DNA from: Phoronis australis
Lineage: Eukaryota; Animalia; Phoronida
Assembly (NCBI GenBank): GCA_002633005.1
Contig: NMRA01000010.1
Span: 1,990,516-2,054,515 of the forward strand
Reading direction: 5' to 3'
Length of the DNA stretch: 64,000 nt
Position numbers and translations under genes: made by a program. This document shows positions 38,801 to 50,800 of the stretch, piece after piece (position 1 is the first letter of the stretch; every line of letters begins with the position of its first letter). The notes under the pieces were generated by a model. The model searched no databases and was not told where the DNA came from. It saw nothing but the letters and a program-made list of their open reading frames with translations.

Positions 38801-41800
38801 GGGTCGCACACGCTTCATCAAAAAACTTACAGTCAGTGGTCTTTAGTATAGTGGGCCCTGCTCTGAACATCTCTTCAGCTTTTATTTCTTCTTGTACTAT
38901 AGGAAACCAGCCGACTCTAGATGTCCTGCGGGAGGTAATCAGTCAGGGCAGTGTCTACGACCGACAGCGACTAGTTTATGATAATGTATCGCAGGCCAAG
39001 TTCATTGCTGCCTGTACCACACCAGGAGTCACCGGTGAGACACGTTTCTTTTTGTCGATTTCCTCAACCCATTACTAAAGAAATAATGAGTTGACACCGT
39101 GGCTTTTGCTCAAAATGTACCTTGAGTAAATATGTTTGAGGACTGCTTCAGCTGACCAAACTCAGTAATATCAGGTTTTGGCCTCTGAGTAGGGAACCGA
39201 TTCACCATACCTTTCCTATTCATTGCAAACTAATACTGGCTAGTACATAAATGAACATATTTGTAATTTGCAATGGCTTCAAAAATATAGATTTTTTCAG
39301 TTAAAGGGTATATTTTCTGGAAATACGAAGTCTGTAGAACTTGATGTTTGACTTCAAATCAATTTGCTCTTGACTGGGTCACGTGACTATGTCTTTTTAA
39401 GTAAAATTTAGCAAAAAAGATCAGCTACACCCATTGTGAAACAGCGGTATCAATATCATGACCAAATTTCATTTGATATATCAAGTGTTCGCGAGGAAAT
39501 CTCAAAAACGCTGCTACAGTTTCCTAAATTTCCAGAATTCTTTTTGTTCTAAGCAAGTTTTGAATACTTTATCAAAGTCATAAAAAGTCCCAATTTTATG
39601 GCCCCTTATGCAAAAGAAGAACATTTCAAAAACAATTTCTAAAAATATTTTGGAGAGCTGTGCATGCAGCATGATATTTGAAAATTTCACGTGAATCCGA
39701 GCAGCCATTTTGATAGATGATGTTCCGAAGTTTGCCTAATTTGGACATTTTTTAAGGGTCCTACAAAACCTTAAGTTTGTAATTTTTGTTCTAGGCTCAG
39801 GATATGGTTACTCGTGTCACCAGATGTCCTCACGTATCACCCGTCTCTTCACGGTACTTACAATGTTCCCGTTATCTGAAGATGGTGTCAATGGCCTGTA
39901 CACCAAAACACTGCACGAATGGCTCGAGGAGTTCCCAGCGTACTCAGTTGAGCACCACTATGAGTTTGCCAGGGTAGGTACAGCACAGTGTAGAAGTGAA
40001 TGTCTGAGTGAGATCCATTAGACGACCATTGCTATTGCTAATGTCATCCTGTGTGGTGAGCTGTGAATAGTCAAGTGGCCTGGCATTCTCAGGCTTGCCT
40101 TTTGTTTGAAGTGGTTAATATTTGAAAGAGCCTTGTGTTCTGATTGTTACATGTATACAGTTTTTATTAGGCTTGACTTATCCCATTAACTTGATTGCAT
40201 GTGGTGGTGTCAATTCTGCCCCGATTGTTGTTAAGCGTGGGATTGTATTTGGTCTGTTATGCGATAATAAGAGAAATGAATATATGCTGAATCACTACAA
40301 AATATTTGTTTTAGACCAATCACTGCTGGCATTATCAATGTATTGACTAGTATTTATTGTATCAATGTATGATGAAGGGAATTTCATGAGATTTTGAAAT
40401 TTGTCTTATAGCATTAGTAAATTGTGGCTAATTACTCGAAATGTTTCCAGGATTTCTTTTTGTCAACAAGACAGACGTTTGAGTTTAATCTCTCTTCTCT
40501 CTTCAATTTACCCTCCCACTGCTTTCCTACACTATATGTAGATTCTCTTCCCTGTATGGTGCACTTTTTATTGCCTGTCTTTCCAAAGATTTTTATTTCG
40601 TCTATTATACAGAATTTGTTAAATGCACGACACTTTTCATTGTTCACGGTCTTTATTCCGTTGCGTTCATACTTTCTGAACAAAGCTCTACTCTCAACTG
40701 AACATAGATACAGTAACTGACCTAGCGACATAATTAAAAGACGCACGGTATTTCGAAACATACTTGCTCCCGAAGTACAGTCAGTTCTTCTATTATATAT
40801 AATTTTTTCACTTTGTGCCACTATGTGTCAGTTAACTGCACTTTCTCTACCCCCAGGCCCTGACGCAGGGTGTCTTAGAACTCTACCGTCTGATCAAGCA
40901 GCGACTGCGGCCGACCCCCAGCCATTCCCATTACCTCTTCTCATATCATGACATCAGTAAAGTGATTCAAGGCCTCTTGCTTCTAACGCCAAAGTCCAAG
41001 TCTCGTCCCAAACCGCGATCTCGCAAAAACATGAAGAGCGCACGCAGCGCACACAGCATGCAGAGTGTTGACGTCAGTAAGTAGTGGTTAAGGCTGTCAT
41101 AAATCTGAAAGCATCACATTTTACTCAAGATACGACTCAAAAATTGACCAATCAGAGGCATGCTTCTGTTAAACTTTTAAAGTTTACACTGTGTGATTGG
41201 TCAGTTTGTGAGTTGGTTGGTGAGAAAAGATTGAGGGACACTTCCAGTGACAAAGTATTGATTGTTACTGACAAGACCATAAAAATATAAAGGAAAGTCA
41301 ATTCTCAATGCATGAGTAACGTTTAAGAGTTTTTCTTTAATTAATTTGGGTGGTACTAAGCATCAAAATTGTGATTTTTCTTTTTTATCAAATTACCCAA
41401 GTGATAGTGAGGGAGTAGAATTTTAGCTATACATTTTTTGTTGAGAAATTTAAAAAATTTGAAGTAAGTTTCTGTTTGCTCGGAATTTTGACAAATTAAT
41501 TTCAGACGAGGAGGATTATTATGGTTGGTACAGTTGATTCTAGTTGTGTTTGGTTTAGTTCGTTTAAACATATCTCAACAGTCGTAACCTGTTATGCTTT
41601 TGATTCTTCTTCTCTGTCATTTCGTTAACTATTGTTTACCAACACTGACACCTGTGTCTCACCTCTCTGCTTAACAGGATTGTCCAGAGACCGTGATGAA
41701 TCCACCCTTGGTAACCATATAATTTTCATTTTTACTTTTACCGTAAAATGTTGACCATGGTATCATTATCTCAATACTTATCTTTAGCGAGGGTAACCAG

Positions 41801-44800
41801 ATCTTACCCTTGGTGCAAAGCTGTATACTACATAATTATTTATACAGCTTTGCGCCGATGTGGTTAAAAAAAATGGTCAAACAAAATCTGACTCAAAATT
41901 TGTGTCATTAATAGCTACACTGTTCCTTGAGTAAACTACGTTATTTACTGGTGCATTCTGCTGATATTCTGCTGCTTTAGTTGTGGAATGATCTTATGTG
42001 CCGGCTTTTAGCGGCATGAAATATAGCATCACCTATTGGCCAGTTTCTTTTTCGACAATTCTCTAATCAACCAGTTCTTCTTCCACCAGGTTGCGTATAT
42101 GTCAAAATAAATAAATGGAATTGGTTTCATTTTATTATACCTTTTAGTATTTTAATACCAGCAAACGAATTTCAGAGTAAATTTGCTGCTACAAAAATCC
42201 TCATCAGCCAAGAGATGCCGCAAAAAAATTTAACAAACGGCGTATGAATTGTCACGAGTGTACTGTTTTCAAATTGACAACAGACTTTTCGTTTTACAAA
42301 AGAATTGTGCAAGACAATGACATTTATTAGTTTGTTTTTCACTTAAACGGCTGTAACGGGGAAGGTGAGTGTCGGTTGACCCCCAGATTTTGCATGTACC
42401 CCCGCTGGTCGGTAGCTCTGTCAATATAAGTTTCACGATGAGGTGACGAGCGGATTGAACTACTTAGCTAAAAACAGTTGTTCCTAGCTTTATTTTGATG
42501 ATAGACTTCACACAGCTATGTGGCTGGGTAAGCTACATTAGTGTTTGGCACTGTTTGCTATAAAGCCCGACTTGCCCTCCCGTTATTCTCTGCACATTCA
42601 CACAACTTATGACAGAACACAGGCACACAAGTGACAATATGTCCATCAATCTGCTAGGGAACACACAATTTAAACTCAGCTCAAACCACTACACTGTACT
42701 CTCCTCTCAAATCACGCAAGCCTATGATTTTATTGTTTAATTTATTCTTCAAATTTCTTATAGTTCTTCGTCTGGTTAGCGATTTCTCTGTTCTTTTGCT
42801 CAGTGTAAACAGTACGAATACAGACACAGAAAGTGATAAATAAATCATGATTTCAGAGCTAGTGAGTAGCAAAAAAACCATCAGCGGAGACAGACAGGCG
42901 CGCTCCTATGGGTGGGGCGGGCAGGCTGGGGTCAACACCACGCCCATCTCTGCACCCATGATGAGGGTGATCACAAGACTCTGGTGTCATGAGTGTACGC
43001 GAACGTTTGGTGACCGATTGACATCGGCTGAAGGTTAGTTATCCACCTGCCTTGTTGTCAACCATTGGCTTCTAGAGTTTTAATCAAGAATAACACGGTC
43101 ACAGATGATTCCTTGATTTAGGGTTTCTTCAACCGTTAACTTCTCAGATTAGATATTCTTAAATGAACCATTACTTTTTGTTTGGTGCACTTTTGTTAGT
43201 GTTCCGTCGTTTAAGGTCTTTTTAAGCATTTCTTGATACAAAAAGACCCGAACCAATATCCTGAAGGTAATGAAAATGGCTTTGAATTGATTGATTAAGA
43301 TATTTCTAAATGATGAAAAACAAAAGTAATTCATATAAAGGGTGGCTTTTTAAAGTCAAATGGATGTGCACTTTGACCTGTCAACCACATGCCATAACAG
43401 TTAGTTTTAAATTGTCCCTGCCAGTCTTCCAGTGCAGGAACTCCTATGTCAACCAATATAGGAACACTCCATAGCGAATAGATGTACTTGCATATCGTGT
43501 ATTTCAACGTTATGTGTACAGTGTCTCCACCTAGTGATTGATATAATAGTTTAGTTACTATTTCCTCCTTCTGCACATCACTTTTGACCAGTCACAGGGA
43601 TATATCATTTCAAATCTTGTGTTTCAGACGTCCTATGGTTTGAGAAGACTTTGACGGACACAGTGGTGAAGTATCTTTGTAGTGACATGGAAAATCGTGG
43701 AGAACGCTCATTGAATTTGACCTCCATACAGGAGAGAGCCTTGGTGAGTTTTTCATGATTGCTCATCTCCTGGAGTTGGTGTCATCATACTTAAAAAATC
43801 ATCTTTTTGTCACCGCTTTTTGAGTAATAATGGATTGCAAGTGGAAAGATCTCTGGCATATTTTTGAGATGCATGTCTGATATAACGCACTAGCATTTTG
43901 AGAACTAGTTTTCTCCACTGAATAACAGGCATCATCTGGTTCTCCAAATGCAGACACGTTTTGTCAGACTATGGTGTTTTTGTGTTCTGTTTCTTCCATA
44001 AATTCTGAAATCTTCAAGAAGGGTGGAAATTTGTAGGCTGCTTTTAATCAGTTGGCAAGCTGTTTCTGCTTCGTTCATTGTTGTGCCATGTATCATGTGT
44101 TTACACTAAATTCACAGAGCTGAGAGTAATCCTTACTTGAATGATATAAAAGCTAAAACTCCCTACATTATTCAACCCTTGCAAATATTCCAAGATTGCT
44201 AACAAGGTGGCAGCACTTGAGTATATTATGCAATCAACATTGACACACTTCAACAGTTTGTTGGATGTCTCAAATTCATGAATCTTAAGAAAGGCGAATT
44301 TTATGTTTTCGACGGTTTTATCTTTGACTTTGTTGATACTAAATGCTGTGCCCAGTATTTGAGAGATGTGATAACGCCAAAATCACTCATGTCTTAGTTT
44401 TAAGAATCAAGAAAATTCAACTTTAGCTTCAATTTCAGTTTCCCAAATTTTGGATATCGTCCCAAAGTGAAGAACTTTTGCTGAGTACACATTTCAAAGC
44501 TTGGCCAAGTTTGCACAAAGTTAGCTAAGTAATGTTTGATTTGATGACTTCTCAGGATGGCCAAGGAACACCTGTGTACAGAGGCACTCCTCCGCCAAAG
44601 ACTGTACCATCCCTGTCAACAGTAGCTCCCAGTGAGGACTCAGAGAAAGTGGCCACGGACAGTCCAGTACTTTCGCCAACTATGACGGGCGTGACTAGCG
44701 AGGGCGTGTCTCCAGTCACAGATGGGCTGACTGAGGTGACGGAGCCCACGTTGACGCAGAGTCCCACATTGGGTCTCACTGAGTCACAATCGCGAGGTAT

Positions 44801-47800
44801 GGAAGCTCGCTAAATCATTCTGGGCTTGACTATTCAAAACTCACAGGGGGTAATAAAACAAATATCTTCTCAGACAAGACCACAAAATCATTTCTTAAGC
44901 TGTTTTTACTTACAAAGGCCAGCTGGGATAGTTGTATGACTAAAATGGCAATGTCAACTTAAAAACTCCCTTGAAAGGTAAATTTCAGTAATGAGAGTTC
45001 TTAATATGACAGTATACAAACATTTATGTCACTAGTAACTCAAGTCTGCGTCTTGTTCATGCAGGACTTGCTCACAATCTGTCCAGCAGATGGTATGGCA
45101 GTCTGATTCATAAACTGGTCCTTCCTGGTAAAAGTGGAGCTTTTATACGGCGCAGACACTTTTCTGTATTGCAATTCAATTTTGTTGGCAATTGTCTTAA
45201 GCAGAATTGATTTCACTTTTTAAAACTGGACCGTTGTGATGATATTGTATTTCACATGTTACTTTTTTGATTTGCTGTTTAGCTAAAAAAAATCAAACAG
45301 AAAAATGAAATTGTGTTATTTGCCTTGTGTTTTTATACACAATTATGTATTTCAAAATGTAATTAAAGATGTGACAGTAAAGAGGACTTTTTAACAAATG
45401 AATAAACTTGAGATAATGTTTAGGTGGTGGTTCAAGTGCTGGGGACATCACACCTCTAACAGAGACCTCTAACAGCCATGTTCGAACTAAGTCACCCTCC
45501 ACCGAAACCAAAGGGCTTCCAGAAAGCAGCACAAGTGTTAAATTTGAATCTGAGAATGAGACGGAGTCCGGAGACTCAGAAACTGAGTCGTCGAGTACAG
45601 AGGAGGCGTCGGCCAGTGAGGTGTCATCAGAGGAGAGTGTACATGCTGTTGAAGATGATGGTGTCCTGGAGCCTGTTGACAGTAAGGGCATGTTTAATTT
45701 TGTGGTGATGTTTGTACTGCGGTGACTGATAGTGGTTCAATACACTGGGCTGTAACTGTTTGCTTGATATTTCCTTCCCATTTAACATTTTTTTAATTAT
45801 TTTTTAATCATTTTTTGACACAGTTTTAATTTTTGTATTGGTTAAAGTGTTTCCTTTTTGTTTTGATTCTGCAGTAACAGTGTTACTAATTTATTAACTT
45901 TCCATTATTTATTATTATTATTTATTAACTTTTGATTAATCACTTCATAATTTAAAGTAGATTAAATTCTGAGAGGCACAATACTGGGTTATCATCGCCA
46001 TTCCTTCAAAATTTGACTTGCGCACAACTCTTTGCTTGCGGTTCATCGTGATGATAGTGGAATTTTAGGTTATATTGTCCAATTATTTTCATCATGTTTT
46101 GTATATGTCTTAGAATTTAACACTTTTTGAAAAAGAAATTTCATTGAACTTGGCACGTTTGACCTCACAAGAGGCAAATGCTCAATTCATGATGATCAAA
46201 ATTAAAGTTTTTGCTATTCTCATGTTTTGCTATTCATTTTATTTCAAAAAAAAATTTGATTAAAAGTGCTCTGACTTCTACTAGTCTCCTAACATTTTTT
46301 TGAATTTAAGCCAATCCCAAATGTATGCTGGTACCTCTCAGCATTTGTTCCACTTTATTAACTGCCTGATGATTTGGGGTAACCGTTTTGTTTCTTTCTG
46401 AGCGCATTTCACTAATATCTGGCTTAGGTTTTGTAGTTCAGAAATGAAATTTACCCAAAAATCCATTCATACTTTCGCTCATAAAGCTTCCACGCCACCA
46501 CAGAGTGCAAAAAAAATCTTTAAATGTGTTTTCAAGTCATCTCACTATTAAGTATATAACATATAAACATTCTTGGCACCAATTTTACACAACTGTATGT
46601 TTCCAACACAAGTTTCTTCTTCAACGCTAGAGTTTGTGACGCTCATGGTATCTGGAATACAGCGCATCTCACTTTTAATCTATGGTGTCTGTTTTACGTT
46701 CTTCCTATTTACGTTCTCCCTATTTACGAAAACACAAACTGCCTAAGCCAGCTATTGGTCTCAATTGCCCCCTGCCCCCAACTAACCCATAACCATGTGT
46801 TCTGAGTGCCGTGTTGTTACCAGCCTCCCAACTACCCAGCGTGCCCAAGGCGGACACTGTACTCCAGTATCTCTCACGTCTGCCGGACCCGACTAGTTAC
46901 ACAGACGTATTCACTGCCAGCACACCAACGTCTGTTGTCAGTTTTAGTCTCACAGGTAAACTTACGTCATGATGGTGATAATGTCAACAGCCGCGCGAGT
47001 GCTGCTCATTTCTGGTCGCCAACGTACAGCATAGAACACTTTTGAGTTGTGTTTTGTACAATTACCAAACATAATTTAGAAAGATTTTTAAATAAGAAAT
47101 TCTAAATCTCTAATATGTAATACAGTTGAGCAATTTGACTTTTTATTGTTATGATATGAAGTATTACTTCAACAGACTTTTTTCTTTATCTTATGTTGTT
47201 TGCTGTTGGATTATGTCTTGGTGTCCTGTGCTTCATTTTGCACTTTTTATTTTCTTTAAATAACAAAACCTGTGAACTAGTGATACATAGACGTGTTTGC
47301 TCAGATCATTCATTTGATCTTGTTTGTTCCAACAGAGGCTAATGTTAAAAACCTAGTATGTAGTGCCATCTATTGTTTGGTAGTGGAACCCTTTGTTTTT
47401 GTTATTTAATATAGGGAGTAAGGTTTCCTAAAACCATGGTCTGACTGAGGGTTCATCGATTGGCCCAGTGGGAAGAATCATCAATGCTAAATTGACCTAT
47501 TTCTGTTTAACGAGTGCTGTTTTGTCTTTGCCTAATAAGTGCTGCACATGAAAAGCTATGTTACAGCAATGTAACTGACTGTTTCTACACACAATGTAAC
47601 CATGTCACTTCTCTGCTTCATTAACAAGTTTACACTTGCATTTTGAGCTTGGAGGGGTTAACTAGTCTGCATAGTGGCTTAACATTTGCAGACCACTGTA
47701 AATCAATGGGCCTTTTGAAATTTACACGCAATGTCTGTAAAAGCAATTCTTTGTGAACCCTGCTCTTAATCGTACTGTGCCAGTTGGACTGTGCCAGTTG

Positions 47801-50800
47801 GACTGTGCCAGTTGGACTGTGCCACTAGACACAGCTTAACGAAGGGTTTATGGTCCTGGTTAAGATGATAATTATTTTCTGACCCCTATGGATTTTGAAT
47901 AGCCAAGCCCTGAATGTATATACGATGAGGGCCCCATGGAAAGCAGTTTGAACTGATAGGGCTACACTCATTGTAAATATTACATTTAATTAATAAATAA
48001 ATAAATGTGTGTGTAGTTTAATGTTGTTTTATCGGCATTTTAAACCACTTCTTGTTATCTACCTTCCCCACAGAGGTCAGTGCAAGAGCTATGGCTAATG
48101 ACTCGAATGCTAAAAGCAACAGCACCATGAGCATTCAGAAGAAGAAGAGCTTGTTGAGGAGGGAGTCCAAACGGGCGGTCACTTTCAAAGCGGGTCTCAT
48201 CGCTGACCGCGATGACAGTGAGTTCACTGGTGCCTTGATGACTCTGGATCAGGTAGGTTGTAGAAAATGTGTAATAAGTGTATAGTTTACTAGCAGTGGT
48301 TATAATGTTTGGACCTCTGCATATAGTGCATGTGTAGGCTGAACTTCCAGACAAAGCCCAGAGGCCATTTTGATAAAATAACTTTTTCAAGAACTGATAT
48401 AGGAATCTAATTTTACAGTCTACAAAATAAAATGTGAAAAGTATTCCCTTAATTGTTAGCTTTTTGCTATGAGTTTGAGACAGTGAAACAAGACTGACAG
48501 AGGTCATTCTAATCGACTGGCAATAATTATCACATTGAAATTTCTTTGCACTTTTGGGTAGGCCTATATGAGGTTACTCAGATAAGCGCTCTATTATGCA
48601 CTGGTGTACTCAAGTCAAGTTCCCTCATTGTGTTACTCGACAAGTAGTTTACACAACAGAGGCCAGGACATATCAACAAATGAACAGCAGTTGCAATGCA
48701 CATTATTTTTTCCTTCTGTTGTTGTAAACCGATTTTTGCCATTTAGACATTGAAAAAGTTCAATTTTCAATGACGGATTTAGTTTTATAGTCTGCAGTGT
48801 CTAAAATGGTTGGAAAAGAGTGTGACTGCAAACAGGCAGCAGTTGTCGCTGATAGTCATCTCTGTCCCTAATTGACCTATCACAAGCTCCGCCCCCTTGC
48901 AAAATGTTACCAAACAAAAATAAATTTTCCTGACATTTTGATTGGTCAGTTGAGCTGTCACTCAAAATCCTGACGATAGGTCAATCCCTAAACTAAAGAA
49001 GCTGGTCATTAAAGTCCAGGAACTGTAATAAGTTGCTGCATAATCCTTAATCCCAACCAGGAGCTGTAATAAGTAACTACATAATCCCTAATCCCAACCA
49101 GTAAGAAGCTCTTCATGGATACAAGTTTGGACATGAGATATAGTACCTGTTGATACAGATATATGTGTCTCATCCTTCAGCTTGATGTCCAGTATGTAGG
49201 ATTTGAGTACTTTCTATGTTGCAGATAAAAGGACCTGAAGAGAAGCTGACAGACTTCCTGTTCTCAAAGTTCATAATATCTACACACACTGAGTCAACTG
49301 GAATGGAACCAGAAAAAGGTAAAAGTCAGCCATTTTTGTACTTTTTACATAAAAAGTTTATCTGTTTTTATTTTTAGTGCATCTTTACAAGACACTCAAT
49401 TCTATTGTCATGGTGATGGATTTTTTTCAATTATCATTGTTTGTACTATCTCATAGACAATTAGTGTTTCCTTTGATTTTTTGCATGGAAATGAATTATA
49501 TCGGGTAAGATTAATTGTTTTACTAGTCACCTATTATGTTTTTACAAGCTTCTGCAAAACTGTATCCTGGAGGTAGGTAAAGAGAGAGTGACATTAAATC
49601 GAACAGTCTCTTATCTGATCATGCATTTGTTCAAGTGTTCTCTTTCTGNGTAATAAGTAGGTACATAATCCCTAATCTCAACCAGTAAGAAGCTCTTCAT
49701 GGATACAAGTTTGGACATGAGATATAGCACCTATTGATACAGATATATGTGTCTCATCCTTCAGCTTGATGTCCAGTATGTAGGATTTGAGTACTTTCTA
49801 TGTTGCAGATAAAAGGGCCTGAAGAGAAGCTGACAGACTTCCTGTTCTCAAAGTTCATAATATCTACACACACTGAGTCAACTGGAATGGAACCAGAAAA
49901 AGGTAAAAGTCAGCCATTTTTGTACTTTTTACATAAAAAGTTTATCTGTTTTTATTTTTAGTGCATCTTTACAAGACACTCAATTCTATTTCAATTATCA
50001 TTGTTTGTACTATCTCATGGACAATTAGTGTTTCCTTTGATTTTTTGCCTGGAAATGAATTATATCGGGTAAGATTAATTGTTTTACCAGTCACCTATTA
50101 TGTTTTTACAAGCTTCTGCAAAACTGTATCCTGGAGGTAGGTAAAAAGAGGATGACATTAAATCGAACAGTCTCTTATCTGATCATGCATTTGTTCAAGT
50201 GTTCTCTTTCTGTGACACATCCCAACTCTATGCATTGTTTTCCTATTGGTTGATCAAAATATGAATGCTTTGTTTGTATGACAGCTTAGAAGTCTTCACG
50301 GAATGTGCTGCTTTCAAGACTTTTCGTACTTTGTAGCCTATTATGTTGTTTCTTAATCGTAAACGTTTTACTTCTCGTACAGCGGTCAAAGGTAATTGTC
50401 AATAGGTTGCTGTTAGTTGCTTTTTGTTTGTTGGTTTTTATTGCGTTTGTGTGTCGTAAGGTCACTGGAATGCTGTTTTGAAAGGCTGGAATAAGCATTA
50501 ATTCCAATTTAGAAAAAGTCAATTAAAAGAACATAGGTTTAGAGCGGATTAATAGATTTTTGGGGTGGTTATTGTTAAGGTTATTAGCTTTGACAAGAAC
50601 TTTGAAATTTGAAAATTCAGACAATTTGGCTTCCAGTCATACAGTAGAATTAATTAAGTCGAGGCCAGTGACCTCATCAGTTAAATACTTTTAAAATACT
50701 TGGCTAAGTCTGTCGTGAGACTGATCTCAAATTCACGACACTGTTTCCTATAATGTTACATTAACATTCCTTTTATCTTGAGATTTTCGGTTTTTGTCTA

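Larger units (their letters stand above)
49066..50212. repeat. Tandem duplicate blocks 49066..49648 and 49650..50212 joined by one N
   Basis: Near-identical, with scattered substitutions and one about 21-bp indel. Confidence 0.9.

Noticed and set aside
47336-47355. Possible microexon aacag|AGGCTAATGTTAAAAACCTA|gtatgt
   Set aside because: At 20 nt it does not preserve the phase-1 frame; the 18-nt variant contains an in-frame TAA.
49809-49902. Mutually exclusive exon pair
   Set aside because: Identical peptide, with flanking introns duplicated up to a single N; better explained as haplotype duplication.
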